Assembly (NCBI GenBank): GCA_930990555.1
Contig: CAKNPW010000007.1
Location: 406-64,405, forward strand
Reading direction: 5' to 3'
DNA from: an uncultured Clostridium sp.
Lineage (GTDB): Bacteria > Bacillota > Clostridia > TANB77 > CAG-508
DNA: 64,000 nucleotides
Shown here: positions 29,312 through 38,449 of the stretch, piece after piece
Numbering within the stretch: the stretch's first letter is position 1
How the letters are laid out: each line of letters begins with the position of its first letter
Made by a program: the position numbers and the translations under genes
The notes under the pieces: model-generated
Told to the model about the DNA's origin: nothing
The model's database searches: none
What the model saw: the letters and a program-made list of their open reading frames with translations, nothing else

Positions 29312-29845
29312 ATGAAAATCGTTATATTAACAGGAAGTTATAATTTGCATGGTACATCAAACACATTAGTTGATGAATTTATAAAAGGTGCTGAAGAAAA
29401 TAATAATGAGATAATAAGATTTGATACTGCACATTTAAATATACGTCCATGTATTGGTTGCAATCATTGTGGTATGGACGGAGATTGTGTATTTAAAGAT
29501 GATATGGTGCAAATATTAGATGCAGTAGAAGATGCAGACATGTTAGTTTTAGCAACACCAGTTTATTATTTTGCAATGACAGCTCCACTAAAAGCTGCAA
29601 TAGATAGATTTTATTCTAGGACTGGAAGAATAAGTCGTAAAAGATTAAGAACAGCATTTATTATGACTTGTTGGAATACAGATGATTCTACAGTTGAGCC
29701 ATTAATAGTACATTATAAAAAATTAGTTAGTTACATGAACTATAAAGATGAAGGTATGATTATAGGAAAAGGTTGTGGAACTGTAGGAATGATGCCAACA
29801 CATTTTTATAAAGAAGCATATGAATTAGGTAAAAAGATTAAATAA
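29312..29845 (+). CDS. Flavodoxin-like NAD(P)H-dependent FMN reductase / iron-sulfur flavoprotein-like
   Basis: IVILTGSYNLHGTS and a compact Cys cluster (CIGCNHCGMDGDC). ATPVYYFAMTAPLKAAIDR. Confidence 0.8.
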   Translation: MKIVILTGSYNLHGTSNTLVDEFIKGAEENNNEIIRFDTAHLNIRPCIGCNHCGMDGDCVFKDDMVQILDAVEDADMLVLATPVYYFAMTAPLKAAIDRFYSRTGRISRKRLRTAFIMTCWNTDDSTVEPLIVHYKKLVSYMNYKDEGMIIGKGCGTVGMMPTHFYKEAYELGKKIK

Positions 29846-29862
29846 AATTTTGGAGGAATACT

Positions 29863-31317
29863 ATGAATAAAAAGGTTGTTGCACTCATAATTGCAATTAT
29901 CATTGTAGGAGTTATATCGGGACTAATTTATGTAATGAATAAGCAAGATGAAAATGGAAACGAAACAAATAATCTAGGAAGTACAAATAATGCAGAACTA
30001 ACAAATGATCTAATATTAATTAATGGAGGAACTTATCTGATGGGAAGTCCTGAAACAGAAATGCAGAGGGAAACAGATGAGGTACAGCATGAAGTTACAG
30101 TAAGCGATTTCTATATTGGAAGATATGAAGTAACACAAAAAGAATATGAAGAAGTAATGGGAGAAAATCCAAGTAATTTTGAAGGAGAAAATTTACCTGT
30201 AGAAAATGTTACATGGTATGATGCAATTGAATATTGTAATAAATTAAGCGAAAAAGAGAGATTAACACCTGTTTATACAATTGATGGTGAAAATGTAAGT
30301 TGGGATAGAAGTGCAAATGGATATAGATTGCCAACAGAAGCTGAATGGGAATATGCAGCAAGAGCAGGAACAACAACTCCTTTTAATACTGAGAACTCAA
30401 TAAGTGATGAAGAAGCAAATTACTATGGACATTATCCATATGGAATAGAAGAAAATTATTTTACACAAGAAAATCTTGAGACAGAGCCAGGACAATATCG
30501 ACAAACAACAGTTGAGGTTGATAGCTTTTCTCCAAACAAATGGGGATTATATAATATCCATGGAAATGTAGCAGAATGGTGTTTTGACTATTATGGGGCA
30601 TATGATTTAGAAAATACAGACAATCCATCAGGACCTACAACTGGAACATTAAGAATAAATAGAGGTGGAGGTTGGAATGATTATGCAAAACATTTAAGAT
30701 GTGCATACCGTGCATCAACAACACCAGACCAAAAGATGAGTAATATTGGTTTTAGAGTAGTAAGAAATGGAGATAATAATTCTGACACATCAGTGATTAG
30801 TGATACAAATAGAAATTTACAAACACAAACAGGCGGAAATATATTAATTGCATATTTTTCTTGGAGCGGAAATACCGAAAATGCAGCACAAATAATTCAA
30901 GAACAAACAGGAGCAGATATTATAGAATTAAACCCAGCAGAACCGTATTCATCAAATTATAGCGAGGTATTAGATCAAGCACAAAAAGATATGAATGCAG
31001 ATGCAAGACCAGAACTTGCAAACCATGTAGAAAATATGGAGCAATATGACACTATATTACTAGGGTATCCTAATTGGTGGGCGACAATACCAATGCCAGT
31101 GGCAACATTTTTAGAAGAATATGACTTTAGTGGAAAAACAATAATTCCATTTTGTAGCCATGGTGGTGGTGGATTTGGCCAAAGCATAACAGATATTTCT
31201 AAACTTGCACCAAATTCAAGAATAGGAGAAGGTTTAAGCATACATTATTCAGGAGGCACTAGTTTAGAAAATGATATTACAACTTGGTTAAATTCTAATG
31301 GAGTTGCTACAAATTAA
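29863..31317 (+). CDS. Membrane-anchored fusion: formylglycine-generating-enzyme (SUMF1/FGE-sulfatase) domain + flavodoxin-like domain
   Basis: TM helix VVALIIAIIIVGVISGLIYV and an N-rich linker. FGE-type motifs (GGTYLMGSP, YEVTQKEY, NVTWYDAIEYCN, GYRLPTEAEWEYAARAG, RGGGWN, GFRVVR). Then ILIAYFSWSGNTE..YPNWWATIPMPV..PFCSHGGGG (flavodoxin_4-like). Confidence 0.75.
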   Translation: MNKKVVALIIAIIIVGVISGLIYVMNKQDENGNETNNLGSTNNAELTNDLILINGGTYLMGSPETEMQRETDEVQHEVTVSDFYIGRYEVTQKEYEEVMGENPSNFEGENLPVENVTWYDAIEYCNKLSEKERLTPVYTIDGENVSWDRSANGYRLPTEAEWEYAARAGTTTPFNTENSISDEEANYYGHYPYGIEENYFTQENLETEPGQYRQTTVEVDSFSPNKWGLYNIHGNVAEWCFDYYGAYDLENTDNPSGPTTGTLRINRGGGWNDYAKHLRCAYRASTTPDQKMSNIGFRVVRNGDNNSDTSVISDTNRNLQTQTGGNILIAYFSWSGNTENAAQIIQEQTGADIIELNPAEPYSSNYSEVLDQAQKDMNADARPELANHVENMEQYDTILLGYPNWWATIPMPVATFLEEYDFSGKTIIPFCSHGGGGFGQSITDISKLAPNSRIGEGLSIHYSGGTSLENDITTWLNSNGVATN

Positions 31318-31334
31318 AATGTGGGGTAAAGAAA

Positions 31335-32006
31335 ATGAAAAATAAAGTGAAAATGATAATAGATATAGCAATGACAATATTGTTTATTATACTAATGGGT
31401 TGTTATGTAACAGATAGTGCTGTACACGAAATATTAGGAACAATTACATTTATACTATTTATACTGCATCATATCCTAAATATAAAATGGTATAAATCTA
31501 TATTTAAGGGCAAGCATAGTTTTAGAAGAACATTTCACATCATTCTTAATTTATTACTATTTTTAGCAATGGTTGGAATGATGGTAAGTGGAATAATGAT
31601 TTCAGCTGATGTATTTGCATTTTTAGATATACCAACAACAATGTTTGGAAGGAATTTACATATGATTTCAACAGCATGGGGCTTTGTACTAATGGGAATA
31701 CATGTTGGGCTTCATATAGCAGGTTTTATGAATAAGTTAAATAAAAAAATGAAAAATAGTACATTTGAATATGTATATTACTTTATATTAATACTATTAG
31801 TTGGCTTAGGAATATATTCATTTATATCTTTAAGATTATGGGAAGAAATGTTTTTATTAGTACATTTTAAATTTTTTGATTACGAGCAAAGTCCATTAAT
31901 GTTTTATTTAAAATATATAGTATTATTAATTGCTATCATTCTAATTATTTATTGGATATTTAATTTTATAAATAAATTTAAAAATAAAAAAGAGGGAGGA
32001 AATTAA
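31335..32006 (+). CDS. DUF4405-like polytopic membrane protein (cytochrome b-like)
   Basis: Six predicted TM helices. Conserved His residues in HEILG...HHILN and LHMIS..HVGLH. Confidence 0.55.
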   Translation: MKNKVKMIIDIAMTILFIILMGCYVTDSAVHEILGTITFILFILHHILNIKWYKSIFKGKHSFRRTFHIILNLLLFLAMVGMMVSGIMISADVFAFLDIPTTMFGRNLHMISTAWGFVLMGIHVGLHIAGFMNKLNKKMKNSTFEYVYYFILILLVGLGIYSFISLRLWEEMFLLVHFKFFDYEQSPLMFYLKYIVLLIAIILIIYWIFNFINKFKNKKEGGN

Positions 32007-32007
32007 A

Positions 32008-32550
32008 ATGCAAAAAAATATTGGTTCAAAATTAGCTTTATATCCAATGCCATTATTAGTAATAGGAACAATGGTAGATGGAAAAGTAAATTGGCTTTTA
32101 GCAGGTCATAGTGGAATTATAGGACATGACAAGGTTATGGTTAGTTTAGTTAAAACACATTACACAAATAAAGGAATTAAAGACACAAAAACATTATCAA
32201 TTAATATAGTTGATGAAAGTACGCTAAAAAAAGCAGATTATGTTGGAAGTGTAAGCGGTAGCAAAGTAGATAAATCAGAAGTATTTGAATATCACATAGG
32301 TGAAGCAGGTGCTCCAATAATAGATAATGCACCAGTAGTTATGGAATGTAAAGTAGAAGATAATTACGAAACTGAAACTTTTGATAATTTTATAATGTCT
32401 ATATCAAATACTTATGTTCAAGAAGAAAATTTAGATGAAAAAGGAAAAATAGATTATGCTAAATTTAGTCCAGTTTTATTTGAATTTCCTAAATATACTT
32501 ATTTAAGAACAGGAGATACTATAGGAAATTGTTTAAGATTAGATAAATAA
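32008..32550 (+). CDS. Flavin reductase family protein (FMN-binding split barrel)
   Basis: LYPMPLLVIGTMVDGKVNWLLAGH. 180 aa. Starts 1 nt after the upstream stop. Confidence 0.7.
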   Translation: MQKNIGSKLALYPMPLLVIGTMVDGKVNWLLAGHSGIIGHDKVMVSLVKTHYTNKGIKDTKTLSINIVDESTLKKADYVGSVSGSKVDKSEVFEYHIGEAGAPIIDNAPVVMECKVEDNYETETFDNFIMSISNTYVQEENLDEKGKIDYAKFSPVLFEFPKYTYLRTGDTIGNCLRLDK

Positions 32551-32573
32551 TTAAATATATGGAGGATAAAATT

Positions 32574-33263
32574 ATGAACAAAAAAGTAGTAGCGTTAATT
32601 GTTTTAATATTAGTAATAGTTATAGCAGGAATAATTATAGGTATTAATTTAGCGGGAAGAAATGAAAATACAAATATAGCAGAAAACAAAACAAACAATG
32701 AAAGACAAACAAATACCGAGGAAGTAGCACAAGCTACGAATAATAAAACAAATACAGAGATAGCTCAAAACAATGAAGGAAATGGAAGTGGAAAAATATT
32801 AGTAGTATATTTCTCTCATACAGGTAATACAGAAACTGTTGCAAACTTTATACATGAAGCAGTTGGAGGAGATATTGTAAAACTAGAAACAGAAGAAGAA
32901 TATACTGATAATTACAATGATTTATTAGATATAGCACAAGAAGAAAAAAATGAAAATGCAAGACCAGCCTTAAAAACACAAATAGATAATATTGATGAAT
33001 ATGATACTATATTTTTAGGATACCCAATTTGGTGGGGAGATATGCCAATGGCATTATATACATTTTTAGACGAATATGACTTAAGTGGAAAAACAATAGC
33101 ACCATTTACTACGAGTGGAGGCTCTGGACTTTCTGGAACACCTAGTGATATAGAGGATGAAGAGCCAAATGCAACTGTAACAGAAGGATTATCAATAATG
33201 GATGATAATGTAGAAAATTCACAAGATGATGTAAACGAATGGTTATCTGAAATAGGTTTTTAA
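32574..33263 (+). CDS. Membrane-anchored flavodoxin (flavodoxin_4-like)
   Basis: ATG 32574 after ggagga. TM helix, 45-aa N/T/E/Q linker, then ILVVYFSHTGNTE..YPIWWGDMPMALY..PFTTSGGSG. Paralogous to the C-terminal half of ORF 29863. Confidence 0.75.
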   Translation: MNKKVVALIVLILVIVIAGIIIGINLAGRNENTNIAENKTNNERQTNTEEVAQATNNKTNTEIAQNNEGNGSGKILVVYFSHTGNTETVANFIHEAVGGDIVKLETEEEYTDNYNDLLDIAQEEKNENARPALKTQIDNIDEYDTIFLGYPIWWGDMPMALYTFLDEYDLSGKTIAPFTTSGGSGLSGTPSDIEDEEPNATVTEGLSIMDDNVENSQDDVNEWLSEIGF

Positions 33264-33278
33264 GGAGAAGAATATAGT

Positions 33279-33848
33279 ATGAAAAAAGTTATATTAATAA
33301 TAATTCTATTAATAATTATAATCAGTGTTATAGAAACATTAGTATATTTTAATAAAACTGAAAACATTCAAAACAATAATAATTTGGAACAAGAAAGTAC
33401 AGAGGATAAAATAAATAATGTTGTTGAAAATAGTACTAATGCAAATGATTCTCAAAATTTACAAAATGAGGGAGAAGAAGTAAGTATGGAAAATGTAAGA
33501 ATAAAATTAACTGTAAATGGAAATGAAATATTTGTTAGATTAGATGATAATCAAGCAAGTAGAGATTTTTTAGAGATGTTGCCTTTAACTTTAACATTTG
33601 AGGACTTTAATAATACAGAAAAAATAGCAACTTTACCAAATGAATTATCAACAGAGGATTTACCTTCAGGATATACACCACAAGTTGGAGATTTTTCATA
33701 TTATGCACCTTGGGGAAATATATCAGTGTTTTATAAAGATTTTAGATATTCTAATTCTTTATATAAGTTAGGAACAATAGAAGCTGGTACTGAAATATTA
33801 GGAAATTTAAATAATGATTTTGAAGTAACTATTGAAAGAGTTGATTAA
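33279..33848 (+). CDS. Cyclophilin-like fold protein with N-terminal membrane anchor
   Basis: TM helix, N/Q/E linker, then VRIKLTVNGNEIFVRLDDNQASRDFLEMLPLTL..GDFSYYAPWGNISVFYKDF. Paralogous to ORF 14059. Confidence 0.6.
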   Translation: MKKVILIIILLIIIISVIETLVYFNKTENIQNNNNLEQESTEDKINNVVENSTNANDSQNLQNEGEEVSMENVRIKLTVNGNEIFVRLDDNQASRDFLEMLPLTLTFEDFNNTEKIATLPNELSTEDLPSGYTPQVGDFSYYAPWGNISVFYKDFRYSNSLYKLGTIEAGTEILGNLNNDFEVTIERVD

Positions 33849-33909
33849 AAAGATTATTATATGTTTGAATAAAAACAAAATTGATAATTAAAAATAAGGA
33901 GGTTTTATT

Positions 33910-34203
33910 ATGAGTTTTACAATTAATATATATTATACAGGAGAAAACGGAAGTGCAAAAAAATTTGCAGAAGAAATGGTTGAAAAAGGAGTAGTAGAAA
34001 GAGTAAGAGCTGAAAAAGGTAATCAAAAATATGAATATTTCTTCCCAATGGATGATCCAGAAACAGTTTTATTGATAGATAGATGGGAAAATCAAGAAGC
34101 TTTAGAGGAACATCACAAATCTCTAATGATGAAAGAAATTGCAGATTTAAGAGATAAATATCATCTTCATATGAGAGTAGAACAATTTGTAGAAAGAAAA
34201 TAA
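33910..34203 (+). CDS. Antibiotic-biosynthesis-monooxygenase (ABM) family protein
   Basis: 97 aa ferredoxin-like fold. LLIDRWENQEALEEHHKS motif. Confidence 0.7.
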   Translation: MSFTINIYYTGENGSAKKFAEEMVEKGVVERVRAEKGNQKYEYFFPMDDPETVLLIDRWENQEALEEHHKSLMMKEIADLRDKYHLHMRVEQFVERK

Positions 34204-34446
34204 TTAATTTTTAAGTATGTCATCATGTTATATGGTGACATATTATAATTTATAAGTATTTCCTTGATTGCATTCTAAAAAATATTAAATCTTTTTTAGA
34301 GTTAAAGAGAAAATTTAGTTATAATTTCATTGAAAAGTTTTTGTACTCGCGGTACAAAAAAATAAAAATAATTGACGATTTTTTAGATTTATATTATCCT
34401 AATAAAGGCGAAAAAATAGAAAATAAATATGGAGGAAATATAAATT

Positions 34447-36159
34447 ATGAGCAAAGATGTTTTAGAAGTAAGAGATTTAAAAGATATGTTAAACAAAACA
34501 AAAAATTTATATGCAGACAGACCATGTTATACAATTAAGACTGAAGAAGGAGAATATAAATCTTATACACATAGTGAAGTAAGAGACATGATTGATTACC
34601 TTGGTACAGCATTAATTAGTTTAGGTTTAAAAGATAAGAGAATTGCTGTTATAGGAGAAAATAGATATGAATGGGAACTTGCGTATTTATCAGTAGCATG
34701 TGGTACAGGTATTGTAGTTCCTTTAGATAAATCATTACCCGCAAATGAATTAGAAGATTTAATAGAAAGATCAGAAGTTGAAGCAATTTTTTATACAAAG
34801 AAATATCAAGAGACAGTAGAAAAAATAAAATATAATGAAAAAAATAAATTAAAACACTTAATTTCTATGGATTCAGATATACACAAAGAAGGAATTTATT
34901 CTCAAAAAGAATTAATAGAAAAAGGAAAAGAATTAGTAGAAGCAGGAAATAGAGAATTTATTGATGCAAAAATAGATCCAGAAGTAATGGACATAATGTT
35001 ATTTACATCAGGAACAACATCAAAATCTAAAGTTGTAGCACTATCACATAAAAATTTAGTTTCTAATTTAATGGATTGTGCTCATGTAATAGATTTAGAT
35101 TCTACTGATAGAGTATTATCATTTTTACCATTACATCATGTTTTTGAATGCACAGTAGGTATGTTACTTTCATTATATTTAGGAGCAAATAGATTTTTCT
35201 GTACAGGAATGAGACATATAGTAGAAAATTTAAATGAATATAAAATAACATTTACATCTTTTGTACCAGCTATTTATGAAGCAATGCATAAAAATATTTT
35301 AAAGACTCTTGAAAAACAAGGTAAACTTGAAGCAGTTAGAAAACTTATGGAAGCAAATAAAGATAAAACTATGGCAGAAAAGAAAGAAATATTTAAAGAT
35401 ATTCATAATATATTTGGTGGAAATATAAAGATGTATATAAGTGGAGCAGCAGCATTAGATAAAGAAGTAGAGGAAGATTTTAGAGCTTGGGGAATCAATT
35501 TATGCCAAGGATATGGATTAACAGAAACATCTCCAGTTATTGGCGTAGAATATGGTGAAAACTTTAGAGTAGGTTCAATAGGTCAAGCACTTCCACATAT
35601 TCAAGCAAGAATAGACGATGCAAATGATGAAGGAATGGGAGAACTTGTTGTAAAGGGACCAAATGTTATGCTTGGATACTATAATGATGAAGAAGCAACA
35701 AAAGAAGTTATGGAAGATGGATGGTTCCACACAGGAGATTTAGCAAAAATAGATGAAGATGGATATATCTTTATTTGTGGAAGAAAGAAAAGTGTAATAG
35801 TACTTAAAAATGGTAAAAATATATTTCCAGAAGAAATGGAAGCACTAGTAAATAAAATTGAAGGTGTTAAAGAATCATTTATTTTTGGAAAACAACAATC
35901 AGATGATAAAGATGATATAAAAATAAATGTAAAAATAATATATGACAGAGACGTAATGAAAGAAGCATATAAAGTAAAAACAGATGAAGAAATTTACAAA
36001 GTTTTAGCAGATAAAATTAAAGATATAAACCAAATAATGCCAAAATATAAAGCAATAAGAGGAATATTAATCTCAGAAGAACCATTAATAAAAACAACAA
36101 CAAGCAAAATCAAGAGACAAGCAAATCTAGAAGTAATAGAAAAAGAAAACAGAGATTAG
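34447..36159 (+). CDS. Long-chain fatty acid--CoA ligase (AMP-binding enzyme)
   Basis: LFTSGTTSKSKVV AMP motif, GYGLTETS, WFHTGDLAKIDEDGYIFICGRKK. Confidence 0.9.
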   Translation: MSKDVLEVRDLKDMLNKTKNLYADRPCYTIKTEEGEYKSYTHSEVRDMIDYLGTALISLGLKDKRIAVIGENRYEWELAYLSVACGTGIVVPLDKSLPANELEDLIERSEVEAIFYTKKYQETVEKIKYNEKNKLKHLISMDSDIHKEGIYSQKELIEKGKELVEAGNREFIDAKIDPEVMDIMLFTSGTTSKSKVVALSHKNLVSNLMDCAHVIDLDSTDRVLSFLPLHHVFECTVGMLLSLYLGANRFFCTGMRHIVENLNEYKITFTSFVPAIYEAMHKNILKTLEKQGKLEAVRKLMEANKDKTMAEKKEIFKDIHNIFGGNIKMYISGAAALDKEVEEDFRAWGINLCQGYGLTETSPVIGVEYGENFRVGSIGQALPHIQARIDDANDEGMGELVVKGPNVMLGYYNDEEATKEVMEDGWFHTGDLAKIDEDGYIFICGRKKSVIVLKNGKNIFPEEMEALVNKIEGVKESFIFGKQQSDDKDDIKINVKIIYDRDVMKEAYKVKTDEEIYKVLADKIKDINQIMPKYKAIRGILISEEPLIKTTTSKIKRQANLEVIEKENRD

Positions 36160-36160
36160 G

Positions 36161-36193
36161 ATAGGGATTTGGGGACGTTCCTTTTTTCCCTAT
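36161..36193. repeat. Palindromic repeat family, locus d
   Basis: ATAGGGATTTGGGGACGTTCCTTTTTTCCCTAT, 2 nt after the stop of the CoA-ligase gene. Confidence 0.75.
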
Positions 36194-36309
36194 AATTATA
36201 TATTTGTAAAAAAGATTGATTTATAAATGCATAAATCAATTTTTTTTACATTAAAATATAGAAAACATGATAAAGGAATGATAAAATACATAAAAAATAA
36301 GAGGTAAGA

Positions 36310-37359
36310 ATGAATATAAAAGATTACGGGTTTAAGGATGAATTAAATAAAAATGAAATTCAAATTGTTGCAAGAATTATATCGACATATAGAGAACGAT
36401 ATGAAATAGTTTGTGATTATGGAGAAACTTTTGCAAGACTAAAGCAGTCAAACTATTATGGCAATCAAAAAAATGCTTATCCAACAATTGGTGATTTTGT
36501 GCTAATAGAATGGAATGATTCTGGAGATAGTTTAATTACCAAAACTTTGGAACGAAAAACATCATTTGTTAGAACGAAGCCAATGGAAGATAGAAAATCA
36601 AGAGATGGAGAAAAGGAACAAGTAATAGCAGCAAATTTTGACTATGTATTTATACTTCAATCATTAAATAATAATTTTAATTTACGCCGACTAGAAAGAT
36701 ATTTAACATTAGCATGGCAATCAAAAGCTGTTCCAGTTGTGGTACTAACTAAAAGTGATTTAGTTAGTAATTCTAATGAATATATAAATAAAGTAAAAGA
36801 CATTGCTCCAGATGTTGATGTATTTGCAATAAGTGCTGAAACAAACGTCGGATTAGAAAATTTTAATAAATATTTTAAAAAAGGAAATACATTGGTATTT
36901 TTGGGCTCATCTGGAGTAGGTAAATCTACCCTAGTAAATGCTCTTGCAGGAAAAGAAATAATGAAAACAGGAAAAATAAGAGAAGAAGATTCTAGAGGAA
37001 GGCATACAACCACATCCAAATATCTAATAATGTTAGAAAATGGAGCTATGATTATAGATACACCGGGTATGCGTGAACTTGGAATGTGGGATGTTTCAAC
37101 TGGTTTAAGTAAGTCTTTCGAAGATGTGGAACAATATATAGGCACATGTAAATTTAAAGATTGTACTCATACAAATGAGCCTGGTTGTAAAGTATTAGAA
37201 GCAATAAGTAATGGAGAGCTTTCAGTAGCCAGGTTTAATGAATATATGAAATTGAAAAATGAAGCAAAGTATACTGAAAATTCAAAAGAATATATTAGAG
37301 GTAAACAAGAAAAGTTTAAAGTGTTTTCAAAAAAATTAAGAAATAAGAGAAGAAAATAG
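36310..37359 (+). CDS. rsgA: Ribosome small-subunit-dependent GTPase A
   Basis: Circularly permuted GTPase (VLTKSDL ... GSSGVGKSTLVNAL ... DTPG) and the C-terminal zinc knuckle CKFKDCTHTNEPGC. Confidence 0.92.
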   Translation: MNIKDYGFKDELNKNEIQIVARIISTYRERYEIVCDYGETFARLKQSNYYGNQKNAYPTIGDFVLIEWNDSGDSLITKTLERKTSFVRTKPMEDRKSRDGEKEQVIAANFDYVFILQSLNNNFNLRRLERYLTLAWQSKAVPVVVLTKSDLVSNSNEYINKVKDIAPDVDVFAISAETNVGLENFNKYFKKGNTLVFLGSSGVGKSTLVNALAGKEIMKTGKIREEDSRGRHTTTSKYLIMLENGAMIIDTPGMRELGMWDVSTGLSKSFEDVEQYIGTCKFKDCTHTNEPGCKVLEAISNGELSVARFNEYMKLKNEAKYTENSKEYIRGKQEKFKVFSKKLRNKRRK

Positions 37360-37374
37360 GAAAAGGAGTTTTTT

Positions 37375-38010
37375 ATGTATAGGGCAGATAAACTAGTTAT
37401 ATTTGATTGGGGAGGAGTAATAGAAAGCCATAGAGATGGTGAATATTGCTTAAATATAGCAATAACTAATCTTATAAAACATTTTAATAATAATGTAGAT
37501 GAAAGCAATTTAATTGAAAAATATTTCTATGTTACAGCTCGCAAACTTAGGCAGGATTTTAAAGAATATACATGGTTTGATAAAATAAAAAATGAGTTTA
37601 ATTTGCAGTGTAATGAAGATGAATTCTATGATTTTTATATAAAAGAATTTGATAAAATAGAATATTATAAAGATGTAGTAGATTACGCACATAGCTTAAA
37701 ATCTAAATGTAAAATAGGGATATTATCTAATCTAGGTACAATTGATAAGCAAAGATTAGATAAACAAGTTGATTTAAAACAATTTGATTATGTTTGGCTT
37801 TCATGTGAACTAAAATACAGTAAACCTAATACAAAAGTCTATGAAATTGTAGAAAATGATTGTAAACTTAATCCTACTAATATTTTATTTATAGACGATG
37901 TACAAGCAAACTTAGAACCTGCCAAAGAAAAAGGATGGAATATTTGTAATGCATTTGGTTATGAATTAGACAAAATACAAAGAAGTGTAGAAGAATTTTT
38001 AAGAAAATAG
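37375..38010 (+). CDS. HAD family hydrolase
   Basis: LVIFDWGGVIE motif I, SNLG motif II, FIDDV motif IV. Confidence 0.75.
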   Translation: MYRADKLVIFDWGGVIESHRDGEYCLNIAITNLIKHFNNNVDESNLIEKYFYVTARKLRQDFKEYTWFDKIKNEFNLQCNEDEFYDFYIKEFDKIEYYKDVVDYAHSLKSKCKIGILSNLGTIDKQRLDKQVDLKQFDYVWLSCELKYSKPNTKVYEIVENDCKLNPTNILFIDDVQANLEPAKEKGWNICNAFGYELDKIQRSVEEFLRK

Positions 38011-38022
38011 GAGGGAATTAAA

Positions 38023-38364
38023 ATGAATGATTCAAAAGAGTATATTGGTAAAATGGTAGAAGCTAAAATAGATAGGCCAATGGGAACAGGACATCCTGAA
38101 TTTCCAGAATCTATATATCCTATTAATTATGGATATATACCTAATACAATTAGTGGAGATGGAAAAGAGTTGGATTGCTACATATTAGGTGTATTTGAAC
38201 CAGTAAAAACTTTTAAAGGAAAATGTATTGCTGTATTACATAGAGTTAATGATAATGATGATAAATTAATTTTAGCGCCAGAAGGCAAAGATTATTCTGA
38301 TGATGCAATAAGAGCATTAACCGAATTCCAAGAAAGATTTTTTGAAAGTATGATTATTAGATAA
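38023..38364 (+). CDS. Small inorganic-pyrophosphatase-like protein
   Basis: KIDRPMG...YPINYGYIPNT.SGDG.ELDCYILG resembles the family I PPase core. Confidence 0.65.
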   Translation: MNDSKEYIGKMVEAKIDRPMGTGHPEFPESIYPINYGYIPNTISGDGKELDCYILGVFEPVKTFKGKCIAVLHRVNDNDDKLILAPEGKDYSDDAIRALTEFQERFFESMIIR

Positions 38365-38449
38365 ACATAATGTATAGACAATATTTGACAAAAATGTTAA
38401 AATACTATCATACTTGTAATTTATGAGCCAATAAATTGGAGGATGTTTA

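Noticed and set aside
34341-34538. 65-aa + strand ORF upstream of and overlapping the CoA-ligase start
   Set aside because: It has no RBS, it runs through the palindromic operator-like sequence, and it overlaps the well-supported ATG 34447 gene. Likely non-coding.
343-37508. Many 60-170-aa minus-strand ORFs nested in + strand genes (e.g. 343-849, 2049-2402, 6436-6810, 21646-22107, 36657-37145, 37167-37508)
   Set aside because: Each overlaps a + strand gene with clear family motifs. They are antisense artefacts of AT-rich codon usage.
38385-38411. Sigma-A promoter for the Wadjet operon (TTGACA ... TATCAT)
   Set aside because: The spacer is only 15 nt and the alternative -10 hexamers are worse, so it is too weak to report as a feature.
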